The position numbers were made by a program, and so were the translations under genes. The notes below the pieces were generated by a model, which saw only the letters and a list, made by a program, of their open reading frames with translations, was not told the DNA's origin and made no database searches. This document shows, in pieces, positions 8,112 to 16,955 of a DNA stretch of 25,340 nucleotides (its first letter is position 1; each line of letters starts with the position of its first letter). Origin of the DNA: Candidatus Babeliales bacterium (GTDB taxonomy: Bacteria; Babelota; Babeliae; Babelales; CAZZPM01). The DNA is taken from NCBI GenBank assembly GCA_016763165.1, contig JAESUJ010000096.1, positions 1 to 25,340 of the forward strand. Reading direction: 5' to 3'.

Positions 8112-8361
8112 CTACGAAGAAACAATCAATATCCTCAATAATATGGCCAAAGTAAAAATGGCCATGAATTCCCACAAGGGGAGTATTGAGTCGGGCAAAA
8201 GTTTAGTCATTTTGCAACAAACGTTCGACGAGTTGAAAGAACTCGAAGAAGCAATGAAAGAAGAAAATTTGATGCACATTATTGAAGAAGCTGCAGATGT
8301 CCAAAACTTCCTAATAGCCGTCGTACATCAACAAATCGAAAGATATAGGAGCAGAAAATGA
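8104..8361 (+). CDS. Short MazG-like NTP pyrophosphohydrolase (MazZ functional candidate)
   Basis: All-helical 85 aa protein with DELKEL...EEAADV (ExxE...ExxD metal site); translationally coupled between purZ and datZ. Confidence 0.75.
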   Translation: MTNYEETINILNNMAKVKMAMNSHKGSIESGKSLVILQQTFDELKELEEAMKEENLMHIIEEAADVQNFLIAVVHQQIERYRSRK

Positions 8362-8801
8362 AGTTAGATGAACTATTAATGTGCCAAGGAATACAGCGAT
8401 GGCACATCGTCGACACTAGTCGAACCCAATCGGTGGCGGAGCACTCATTCAACGTAGCCATGATAGTATGTAAGTTCATGGAGAAAATGGGCTGCAAAAA
8501 TGAAGACATCGCCCAGAATATGGTGATGGCGTTAGCGCACGATGCCGATGAAGTCCATGAGGGCGACGTCCCTGCAATAGCTAAAAAACCGCCTATTCTC
8601 AAATTATCACTGGCGGGAAGAGCAATCCAAATAGCCGATAAATTAGAAGCTTACTGGTTCTCCCATCACTTTGTTATTGGTCCAAGACGCAGGTTCGTAA
8701 TGGAGGACACGCGCCTTAGATTCACACGTTTATTAGAACAATCCAAGCACAACGAGCGTGGTATGTGGCTTGAAGTGGAACAGGAGATGCATTGTGAGTG
8801 A
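8358..8801 (+). CDS. datZ: HD-domain phosphohydrolase, DatZ-like dATP triphosphohydrolase
   Basis: RWHIV...QSVAEHS, AHDADE..GD.P, ADKLE (H...HD...D); adjacent to purZ. Confidence 0.85.
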   Translation: MKLDELLMCQGIQRWHIVDTSRTQSVAEHSFNVAMIVCKFMEKMGCKNEDIAQNMVMALAHDADEVHEGDVPAIAKKPPILKLSLAGRAIQIADKLEAYWFSHHFVIGPRRRFVMEDTRLRFTRLLEQSKHNERGMWLEVEQEMHCE

Positions 8802-9204
8802 AAAAACATTGCGTAAATACATCACCAAGGGACTTAAGCCATTCGGTCACTTGAGCCAAATAGAAAGCCATGCTACTTCGGTTGGCTTCCCTGATACTAA
8901 CTTCTGTTTCGACGGGATAGAGGGCAATATTGAACTCAAGTATTGGTCGCCCAAGAAGGGATACGTCCTTCGCAAAAACCAAATTGCGTGGATACGTGAT
9001 CGAATCAAGGCTAAGGGTCGTGTTTTCCTATTGTTCCTACGAGAGCAGGACGGTAAGCACTACTTCTTGATAGAAATGGATGCTATGTCATTAGCGGCAG
9101 TATCGAAAACGTCGAAAGCAGCAGAATGGGAAGCTCAATCCTGTGTACAGTGGGACGGACGCATAGACTTTGAAGAACTAGAGGAGTTTTTAATCGATGA
9201 ATAA
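8794..9204 (+). CDS. PD-(D/E)xK nuclease, Holliday-junction resolvase/VRR-NUC-like (GTG start at 8794 preferred over 8758)
   Basis: SEK.L...IE...GFPD...IELK...Q..W motif; CAGGAG RBS at 8781-8786; overlaps the datZ stop. Confidence 0.8.
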   Translation: MSEKTLRKYITKGLKPFGHLSQIESHATSVGFPDTNFCFDGIEGNIELKYWSPKKGYVLRKNQIAWIRDRIKAKGRVFLLFLREQDGKHYFLIEMDAMSLAAVSKTSKAAEWEAQSCVQWDGRIDFEELEEFLIDE

Positions 9205-9445
9205 ATTAGATAAGATATTAGAAGAACGCGGTAAGACGAATGGTGATTTCACTGAAATGTGCACTACGATACAACGGTTGAAGCAGGCCATGCTGATGGG
9301 GCATATGAAACGTGAATCATTCCACAATGAGGCAATCGATATGATATGTCATAAACTAGGTCGTATTGCGGCGGGAGACCCAAACAAAGAAGACCACTGG
9401 CGCGACATAGCAGGCTATGCGACACTAGTGGCCGATCGAGTTTAG
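9197..9445 (+). CDS. DUF6378-like small helical protein (nucleotide-metabolism associated)
   Basis: LEERGK..GDF...IDMICHKLGRI..GDP...DHWRDIAGYATL matches the family pattern as I recall it; coupled to the nuclease gene. Confidence 0.7.
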   Translation: MNKLDKILEERGKTNGDFTEMCTTIQRLKQAMLMGHMKRESFHNEAIDMICHKLGRIAAGDPNKEDHWRDIAGYATLVADRV

Positions 9446-9732
9446 TCTTCTCTTCTCTTGGGTAGACTCGCTACAGCAATCTTGATGGCCGTGACGTCCT
9501 TGGCCATATCAGATTGCTGTATTTTTATGTCTTCCAACGTTTGCATATAATGCTCTTGAATCGAAGATATCTTAGTCTCAGCCACGCTAAGTCTAGTTGC
9601 CCCATCCCTCTGACGGTCTATTATAACATCCAACCTTTTATCGGTCTTATTCTTATCATATCGCCAACCAAAGAGAACTACAGTCGCAAGTATTCCCATT
9701 ATCCAAGTTACTAAATCGGTTACGTCTTTCAT
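9442..9732 (-). CDS. Putative holin-like/XhlA-like membrane protein (one N-terminal TM + coiled coil)
   Basis: Hydrophobic LVTWIMGILATVVLFGW, then a coiled coil and basic C-terminus; last gene of the late arm. Confidence 0.5.
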   Translation of the reverse strand: MKDVTDLVTWIMGILATVVLFGWRYDKNKTDKRLDVIIDRQRDGATRLSVAETKISSIQEHYMQTLEDIKIQQSDMAKDVTAIKIAVASLPKRRED

Positions 9733-9733
9733 G

Positions 9734-10270
9734 CTAAACCTCTAATGTAATCAATTGCGCACTGTGGCCTCTAATCCATTCATCATAGAGGTCGCTTTTA
9801 ATCCTAGAGTATTCAGAAAATTTATAGCTTATTGACCAATGTTCTGTTATCGAGTAGTCAACCCGTATATTAAACCCTTCGTCGTCATCCCTATCCTTTC
9901 TTTCTAAAGTGCCGTCTAAGTAGTAGACGTTTACTGGAATTAAGTATGTTCCTACGCCTAAAATGAGCCTTAAGTCGTCAGTTATTTGGTACTTATATAG
10001 CAATTCAAGACCTGCTATGTATTTCATATCAACTTCAAGTAACTTATATCTGCCATCAGTACCAGACAAACCGCCGTCAGCATAGCTGCCTCTGATGCCG
10101 ATTCTGCCTCTCCACCAAGTTATCCCTATTGATGGCATGTCATACTGGAAAGTCGCAATGTTGTCTGGACCGCGCCAAGCATGCTTGATGTGCGAATAAC
10201 CCACATCAATTTCATATTCCGCATTGACCCCTCCAGTGAAGAGGAGCAATATTAAAAGTAAGAGTCTCAA
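9734..10270 (-). CDS. Exported beta-barrel-like outer membrane protein (Ail/Lom/OmpA-barrel-like), TTG start
   Basis: Signal peptide MRLLLLILLLFTGGVNA followed by alternating amphipathic strands (EIDVGYS, IGIRGSY, LELLYKY, FNIRVDY, WSISYKF). Confidence 0.6.
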   Translation of the reverse strand: MRLLLLILLLFTGGVNAEYEIDVGYSHIKHAWRGPDNIATFQYDMPSIGITWWRGRIGIRGSYADGGLSGTDGRYKLLEVDMKYIAGLELLYKYQITDDLRLILGVGTYLIPVNVYYLDGTLERKDRDDDEGFNIRVDYSITEHWSISYKFSEYSRIKSDLYDEWIRGHSAQLITLEV

Positions 10271-10271
10271 G

Positions 10272-10730
10272 TTATTCCCCTATGCGAGATATTCGTCCAT
10301 TAGTATGTTGTAAGTCATATTCAACAATCCACTGGAACTGAGCCAAATCATTCCCGTCAATAGGGAAGGAGAGGTCAGGCTCCTCCTCCAACGAAGCAAG
10401 GAATGCATTAGCAACAGGAAGGAATTGCTCATCTACCCAGCGCTTAGTCCCTAAGTCTGCAATGACGGAAGGCAGCACCATGACATAAGCTTGTGTGTAG
10501 GGTACATAGATTCCATTAACTAAGTCAGGTATTGCTAAGTACATAGCCCGTGGTACTGGGTCTTCTTCACTATAGATACTCATATAGACGAAGTACTCTT
10601 GTTCTCCTACCCAGAAATGCCAAGTGGGTTGCCCATTTACATTGTCAATAGGTGTGGCAGTATTAGCACTGACCTCTGTAGTTGCTAAGGTCGCTAGCAT
10701 AAACATTATGACCATTATTAATATTTTCAT
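10272..10730 (-). CDS. Hypothetical protein with a predicted Sec signal peptide
   Basis: MKILIMVIMFMLATLATTEVSA cleavage-like site with no lipobox Cys; acidic mature part; tightly coupled to its neighbours. Confidence 0.65.
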   Translation of the reverse strand: MKILIMVIMFMLATLATTEVSANTATPIDNVNGQPTWHFWVGEQEYFVYMSIYSEEDPVPRAMYLAIPDLVNGIYVPYTQAYVMVLPSVIADLGTKRWVDEQFLPVANAFLASLEEEPDLSFPIDGNDLAQFQWIVEYDLQHTNGRISRIGE

Positions 10731-11308
10731 TATACGAATTCTCCAGTTTGTGTTGAGTAAATTAGGGCATCACCTATATTGCCTCCATCTTTCTTTATAA
10801 CTATGAATTCACCCCATATCTCTTCTATTACATTTGTATTTCTAACTACTGCGGCGTTAAAGTAGAGAGGGGCAACTAAGAAACCAGAACCCCAGTTGAT
10901 ATCATTTGATAAGGTCTGAGGAGGTAATACTTCTACTCCATCAACTTCTATACTAATCCCCGATTGTGTCAAACCCGCTGCAACAACTAAGTAAGTTAAC
11001 TTAGTTATCTTACCTGCTGTGCCTAATGTCACTAATATACCTGTTTGTCCTGCTGCTATATTTTGATTGAATAAGTATGACTCTGCTTTAAACATGCCTC
11101 CACTTCCTCCTGTATCAAATGGGTTAGCAAATAACCCGTTGTCTAAGGAGAGGGCACCCTCAGTTGCTACAGCGGCTAGGAGATAAAATCCTAGAACTCC
11201 GTCTGTAACAACGGCACACATGGTGCCCTCTCTTAGGTTGCTTTCTTTCATATCAGGGTCGAATTGTTTAAAGAATCCGTCCTGCTCTGTTAGTCCTCTA
11301 ATAACCAT
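10730..11308 (-). CDS. Hypothetical beta-rich protein, possibly tail-fibre associated/structural
   Basis: Directly downstream of the tail fibre; two domains joined by a GGSGG linker; TAATG coupling. Confidence 0.6.
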   Translation of the reverse strand: MVIRGLTEQDGFFKQFDPDMKESNLREGTMCAVVTDGVLGFYLLAAVATEGALSLDNGLFANPFDTGGSGGMFKAESYLFNQNIAAGQTGILVTLGTAGKITKLTYLVVAAGLTQSGISIEVDGVEVLPPQTLSNDINWGSGFLVAPLYFNAAVVRNTNVIEEIWGEFIVIKKDGGNIGDALIYSTQTGEFV

Positions 11309-11315
11309 AAGTCAC

Positions 11316-13859
11316 CTATATCGTTTCATCAATAAACTTAGTCTGTGCATTGAAGCTATTAAAGCTAGACCAACCAATGCCTTCATTATAGAACAAGATT
11401 CGCTTCTCGCCACCTAACGCCATCTCTGGTCTATAGATAATATTACGTTGGCTTATTAGTACCTCGTCAGTGAGTACATTGGCATGAGCTGCATCTAAGG
11501 TTACACGATGTAGTCTATGCTGAGTCGTATCATCACCAACTCTGTCACAATAATATACGATGGGCTCTAAGTCGGTGTAATCCTTACCTCTATAGAAGCT
11601 AGCACCAAATGCATAAGTCGTACCTTCAACGCCAGTGCCACCTGTAGGTGTTCCTCCTACATTAAGAGCGCTACCGAACTTGTTATATCCTAAATCACCA
11701 CGTATTCCTGCGGCTATAACCGTAGTACTGGTACTTGCTCCATCAAATTCAATTAGGATTAAATCGTAGGTAGTACCAAGCGGCATAGTCTGAGGTAATT
11801 GCCAAGTCTCTTGCCATTGAGCGATAAGCGCTCTAGGCGTGTCCCCATACTGAACGTCTAGCAGTCTTGTCCTGTACCCTGCTGGTGGCGAATATGCTAC
11901 ATCCATTTCGGATAACCCAAACTCCTGAAAGGTTCCATCCATACGACCGGTTGCACCACCAAGGGCATTGCCATTTGACAACTTGCTTAAGTAGAACCCA
12001 CCAAAGTCTCTAGTAGGGTCTGCGGGATTGCTACCAGCTGGTATATAAGTTCCTCTCGCATATAGTAAATCAGACCTAGCATTATTAGTAGGATGAGGAT
12101 TCCCAAAGAAGTGAGCTATGGTTCTATTGACTGCACTTGATGGGTCATTAGTTGCTGACTTATCAACACAGCTAATGGCAAAATAGAACTGACCTGCTAA
12201 TCCAGCTTCTGCTGCTGCACTGAATGGTGTAGGTGTTCCGTAATTCTGACCACCGCTTCCTCTTACGAAAGACCATGCTCCTACATCCGTTCTCTTGAAG
12301 AGAAAAGAAGTGGAACCAATAAACATACCTTGGGCGTATCCACTGAGCTCTCCGTAGTCCTGTGTTTCCGAGCTACCTAAGGTATTAGAGTCCTTGCCGT
12401 AACGTACAAGCCCTATATTGGACTCTACAGACCCATCTTGATTTCTTGAAGAATTACGATTACCCCAAGAAGTTATCAACTGACCATTGAGATTATTATG
12501 CCATACAGCGGGCTGGTGATGTTCATCCTCACGATGAGAAATAAGCTTATCATTCAAACCTACATGACTAAACTCAAATCCACTGGTGAGTTCAACTAAT
12601 CGGGTAAGCTTGATGACAGCCTCGCCTAATCTCTTATTAGTGTGCAAGGTGACATCCTCCCCTTCCCCTTGTTCACGTTCTCTGTCTTCGGCCGTCCCGT
12701 AAGTGTCACCACGGTAGATGACGTTCTTCCCATCCTCTATCCTACCTATTACACAAGGGCGTACCCACCAAGTAGAACCACCGTAACCAATACAATTATC
12801 AGCAATAAGACTACGCATCTCATCTGTCTCTTGTTGATTAATAGGGTAGCTATATTCATAAGGGAAATTAGGGTTTTTATCGTTCCCGCTGTTGTTGTCT
12901 GGAGCTTGATACATAAGTATGCCTTTTTTATCGCCTAAATTTAAAATGTAAAAACCGTCTGGGTCGCCTGCATCCTCTGCGTTGACCAGATAGTAAGTAG
13001 CGTTTTTGCCATCGCATTTCGTGGTTTCGCCTAAAGTGTAAGCCCAATCTTCCGTGTACATACTTGCACTTGCACTTACAAGGTTGAATATCGTATCGAA
13101 TAAGAATGGGTTGCCTAAGCTGCCTTTTCTGTCTCCGCTTTCAATTGGTAGTCCTGCAACATCATACCATACAGATAATATTTGCCCGTCGAAAACATCA
13201 AACAACAATGTTAATTCACTATCAACTAGCGTGTAATCTCTTTGCTCTCTACCGTCAACGTAAAGCGCGTGTGCTGATGTTGCCTGCCCAACTATAGTAT
13301 AAACTCTTTCGCCTGTCACAGCGGTTATTAACGGGGCTTTAAGTACGCTCGGTTGTACTATTTCCGGCGTATCTATATTAACTGCTAATACTTGCCCGTC
13401 AGCACCAAACGCCATATATTTATTGGCTCGACTACCAACAGAGCCAAACGTCAATTGCGGTTGAGTCGCTGCGTCGCCCTCAGGGACTCTCAATGACCTT
13501 TCTGCAGTGGATACTGAATCATCAATGCGTTTGATCATCTGCAGGTCGCGCATTGCGGACAAATCCAAGGCAGTCTCATGGCTCTGGGCAGGGAATGCAT
13601 CGTATGCCTCATAATCCATCAGCTGAGTAAACGGAACTACTCTTTCTAATATCACTGACCCCACTGGTGCTGAATCGAATAACACTTGGCCTCCCAACGG
13701 TTCGCCTAGTCCACTAATAGACCATCCCTCTGTAGTTTCAATATCGTTGACTTTAACGGTCATATGTGATTCAAGGTACACTAGGAAATCATAAGCAAAG
13801 CTCGTTACGGAACCGTTCCCCGTATGCGATATGCTTAATTTTTCGTTTTCAACAGTCAT
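11316..13859 (-). CDS. Tail fibre/tailspike: T7-like N-terminal adaptor, tailspike-like linker domain, C-terminal BNR-like beta-propeller
   Basis: N-terminal HTGNGSVTSFAYDF adaptor motif; YTLGETTKCDGKNATYY resembles the tailspike T.G....DGG.A.Y motif; EDEHHQPAV...GQL resembles BNR_4-family propellers. Confidence 0.8.
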   Translation of the reverse strand: MTVENEKLSISHTGNGSVTSFAYDFLVYLESHMTVKVNDIETTEGWSISGLGEPLGGQVLFDSAPVGSVILERVVPFTQLMDYEAYDAFPAQSHETALDLSAMRDLQMIKRIDDSVSTAERSLRVPEGDAATQPQLTFGSVGSRANKYMAFGADGQVLAVNIDTPEIVQPSVLKAPLITAVTGERVYTIVGQATSAHALYVDGREQRDYTLVDSELTLLFDVFDGQILSVWYDVAGLPIESGDRKGSLGNPFLFDTIFNLVSASASMYTEDWAYTLGETTKCDGKNATYYLVNAEDAGDPDGFYILNLGDKKGILMYQAPDNNSGNDKNPNFPYEYSYPINQQETDEMRSLIADNCIGYGGSTWWVRPCVIGRIEDGKNVIYRGDTYGTAEDREREQGEGEDVTLHTNKRLGEAVIKLTRLVELTSGFEFSHVGLNDKLISHREDEHHQPAVWHNNLNGQLITSWGNRNSSRNQDGSVESNIGLVRYGKDSNTLGSSETQDYGELSGYAQGMFIGSTSFLFKRTDVGAWSFVRGSGGQNYGTPTPFSAAAEAGLAGQFYFAISCVDKSATNDPSSAVNRTIAHFFGNPHPTNNARSDLLYARGTYIPAGSNPADPTRDFGGFYLSKLSNGNALGGATGRMDGTFQEFGLSEMDVAYSPPAGYRTRLLDVQYGDTPRALIAQWQETWQLPQTMPLGTTYDLILIEFDGASTSTTVIAAGIRGDLGYNKFGSALNVGGTPTGGTGVEGTTYAFGASFYRGKDYTDLEPIVYYCDRVGDDTTQHRLHRVTLDAAHANVLTDEVLISQRNIIYRPEMALGGEKRILFYNEGIGWSSFNSFNAQTKFIDETI

Positions 13860-13868
13860 GCTGCTCTC

Positions 13869-16800
13869 CTAAAATTTAACATTAGAGCTTCCGCCTAACG
13901 CTTTAGCTGTTTCTTCTTCCACGACATCAAAACCCTTTTTGAGTACGTAATTATTTTGGAATGGTGTCAATCTTCTTAATGCTTCGGCTGTTTGTTCAGG
14001 CGAAGCATCGCCTTTGCCGCTAGAAGCCAGAGTCAAAGCATTATTAAGTAACCCAATGGTTGGACCCATCACGCCATCTGCTCCCCTGCGCAGTGAGTCT
14101 TCCTCAAATCCTAGGCGGTAAAGCTCCATGGCATAGCCAGTAAGACCAGTAGCCGCTAGCGCTTCTTCCATTTGGTTCTCAGGGGCTATCTCATCACCAC
14201 GCATTGCGGCTTTAAAGTTAGCGATTCCAAGTCCCAAACCAACCGAAGTGGCTACTTCCATCCAAGGACGTATGCCGCCTTCTTGGAGTAATGGCAACAT
14301 GACTTTATTAGTAGATGCCACGATAAACGATTTAAATTGGAACAACGTTTTACCGTACTCAGTGGTCGCGTAAAGTGGCTTATCGCCAACACTCGGCGTA
14401 ACAATAAGTCTATCCGCTTCTTTAACCGCCGCAGCTTCAACTTTTTCAACTAAAGCTCTATCCGACCAACGGTCAAGGTTTAAATTCCATAATCCGTCTT
14501 CATCGATAGCATGCTCATCAATAGCTTTCTTCAAGTCTTTGATTCTGACATCGGAAAATCCCAATCCTTTTAAAACTTTCGTGTCGCCTTTCATAGCAGA
14601 CAATGCGATCTTATCTCCTATTAGGTGACCACTCACGGTTTTCATGACTGAATTCCAATGTTTCATTCCTGAAAATGTGATGACTTTATCGGCAACCTTA
14701 TGCGCATATTTATCAAATGCAGTATGCACCACACCATCCTCAACTTCCGCTAATTGCTGCATACGATACGATGCCGTACGCTCGAAAGCAGAAGCTACCT
14801 TGGCCATGTCGCCCTTAGGCATGTTGCCGCGCAATAATTCTTTGCTGAAAACTGAACGAGAGAACGCCTTAGCTAAAGCACTAAATCTGCCATGGGTTAT
14901 CAACCGTGCCAAATCAGGAATAGACGAAATAACTACATTACTTAAGCTAGTGGCTATATTCCAAGACCTTGCCGCTCTAAGCCCCGATAGAAGACCGCGA
15001 TTTTCGGGGTTCATCATGCTTGGCTCTTGAGTCGTATTTAGTAGTCTATCCCTCATTACTTCAATATCACGGATTTGACCACGTTGTTCTTTCAATAACT
15101 TGTCTTTCTGCTTGTGCAATTCCTTCTTATCGCCAGTCGACGGGTCAGAAATTTTTTTATCTAATGTACTTATGCGACGGTTGAAGCGATCGTTGACTTG
15201 CTTAATCGCAGCCGACATCATGAAATCACCGTTTTCGTTTCCGAATTTTTCAGCTAGACGAATGCGAGGAGCCATAGATTTAATATAGCCTTCCATGTTC
15301 GCCTCCCAATCCTTAATTAAATAAGGTTCGACATATTCATCACGGATATCAAGTCTCTGTTTAAAAACCTTACCGCCACTAGCGCCAACATCATAGTGGG
15401 CGTCGCCAACCTTAAGGCCGAATACGCTTTCATATATTCCATCAGCCACATTATAGTAATTAAAGTTACTAGGAACTTCGCCCGCTTTAGCATGTTGGTC
15501 TTTCATTCCCGCTATCCAAGCGCGTTTGAATCCCTCAGGGTCTTGACGAACTGCATTCATATCGTAGCGTCTTGTCATCCAAGATGGAGCAGTCTCAGAA
15601 CGGAGAGGCTCAATAGTATCTTCTCCGCCGTCTTTGCCCTTAACTCTAGTGTACGTGCCTTCAATTTGCAATTCAGCAGCCTTAGCCCATTTTTCATCAA
15701 CTATGACACGTAATTTTTGAGCAGCTTGTTGTACGGTAGCATTTTCACTCAAATCGCCACGTCTCATTGCAGCATCCAATTGTGCATTGAACGCGCGTTT
15801 ATCTAAACCAGTTTCCTTGATGAATTTCTTCTCAAGACCACGTACGCCTGATTGGACTTCCGCCCATTTAGCGTAGTCCAATTTTATCAACGACTCAACA
15901 GCAGTTGGAACAAAGTCACCTTGCAAATGAATACCAGATTCAACCATATCCTGTACCAATGAACGGACTGACTTCTCACTTGACTGTAATGTACGCCCTA
16001 GGGGAGTGATTAGAGCGAGCTTGGCTGCCATGTTGGCTCCTAGTCCTCTCTTGATCACATTACCACTAGCACTTTCGCCCGTTACGATTCTGCGTTCAGC
16101 AGCACCCGCAGAAGTAGAAGTCGAAATCGCTTCTTCAATTTGGCGAGTTATGATTTCTCGTTGGCCTTTGGCCAGTGTAACAGCAAGGCCGCCGATGGCT
16201 CCGTCAAAGATAGCTGTCGCCGCCAAATTAAGTGCCGTCTCTTCCATTGTACGAGTTTCTTGCGTCGCATGCAGTATCCCCTCACTTATGGTAGTGGCTG
16301 CTAAGCCCGCCCCTACTATCTTGGCTACGCCTACTTCTGCAGTTAAGGGAAGAGCTATAAGCGCCAAATTGATGGGGTCGGTGAGGCCAGAAGCAATAGA
16401 AGCAATTACGCCTTGTGCTCCGCCTTGCGCTAAAATTTCGCGGTGGTTGTTTTCTTCATCGATTCGTTGTTTAAGTACCGCCGTCATTTCGGGACTAGTA
16501 CTACCTACGAATGCCTTCCAATATTCTTCATACCCATCAATATCGACAAGACCATCTTCGGCTTTGTCAAACGGACTATAGTCATCTACAATAGGGAAGT
16601 CACCCATGGGGGCTTGGACGATGGCTGACATAATCGGATTATTCAAAGCCATGCCATGGGCAAATTGCTCACCGAACGATACTTCGAAATCATCTGATTT
16701 TTTGGCTCTTCGTTCAACTACATCGAGACTATGTTTCCATTGAGAAGTGAACTCAACTTCATCCGCATACCATAATTTACGGGTGTTCGCATTCGAGCTT

Positions 16801-16955
16801 CTCCCCGCGTCTCCTTTGGTATCTGATATAGGCGGGGTATGCATGCCCCCCCCGATATCGCTAGGCACGACGGCGGACGACGGCGACACGTGTGTCGGGT
16901 CGTCGGACATCATAGATATGGCTCTTTCGTCCTCAGCGGATTTAGGAATCAGCAT
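13869..16955 (-). CDS. Large internal virion/ejection protein (T7 gp16-like position)
   Basis: 1028 aa, mostly helical, third of three core genes before the tail fibre; C-terminal LFQFKSF segment. Confidence 0.7.
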   Translation of the reverse strand: MLIPKSAEDERAISMMSDDPTHVSPSSAVVPSDIGGGMHTPPISDTKGDAGRSSNANTRKLWYADEVEFTSQWKHSLDVVERRAKKSDDFEVSFGEQFAHGMALNNPIMSAIVQAPMGDFPIVDDYSPFDKAEDGLVDIDGYEEYWKAFVGSTSPEMTAVLKQRIDEENNHREILAQGGAQGVIASIASGLTDPINLALIALPLTAEVGVAKIVGAGLAATTISEGILHATQETRTMEETALNLAATAIFDGAIGGLAVTLAKGQREIITRQIEEAISTSTSAGAAERRIVTGESASGNVIKRGLGANMAAKLALITPLGRTLQSSEKSVRSLVQDMVESGIHLQGDFVPTAVESLIKLDYAKWAEVQSGVRGLEKKFIKETGLDKRAFNAQLDAAMRRGDLSENATVQQAAQKLRVIVDEKWAKAAELQIEGTYTRVKGKDGGEDTIEPLRSETAPSWMTRRYDMNAVRQDPEGFKRAWIAGMKDQHAKAGEVPSNFNYYNVADGIYESVFGLKVGDAHYDVGASGGKVFKQRLDIRDEYVEPYLIKDWEANMEGYIKSMAPRIRLAEKFGNENGDFMMSAAIKQVNDRFNRRISTLDKKISDPSTGDKKELHKQKDKLLKEQRGQIRDIEVMRDRLLNTTQEPSMMNPENRGLLSGLRAARSWNIATSLSNVVISSIPDLARLITHGRFSALAKAFSRSVFSKELLRGNMPKGDMAKVASAFERTASYRMQQLAEVEDGVVHTAFDKYAHKVADKVITFSGMKHWNSVMKTVSGHLIGDKIALSAMKGDTKVLKGLGFSDVRIKDLKKAIDEHAIDEDGLWNLNLDRWSDRALVEKVEAAAVKEADRLIVTPSVGDKPLYATTEYGKTLFQFKSFIVASTNKVMLPLLQEGGIRPWMEVATSVGLGLGIANFKAAMRGDEIAPENQMEEALAATGLTGYAMELYRLGFEEDSLRRGADGVMGPTIGLLNNALTLASSGKGDASPEQTAEALRRLTPFQNNYVLKKGFDVVEEETAKALGGSSNVKF

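Noticed and set aside
16006-16581. 191-aa antisense ORF, and similar shadow ORFs at 7163-7576, 14644-15030, 19049-19372 and 23995-24492
   Set aside because: They lie opposite well-supported genes, lack convincing RBSs or motifs, and are explained by codon bias.
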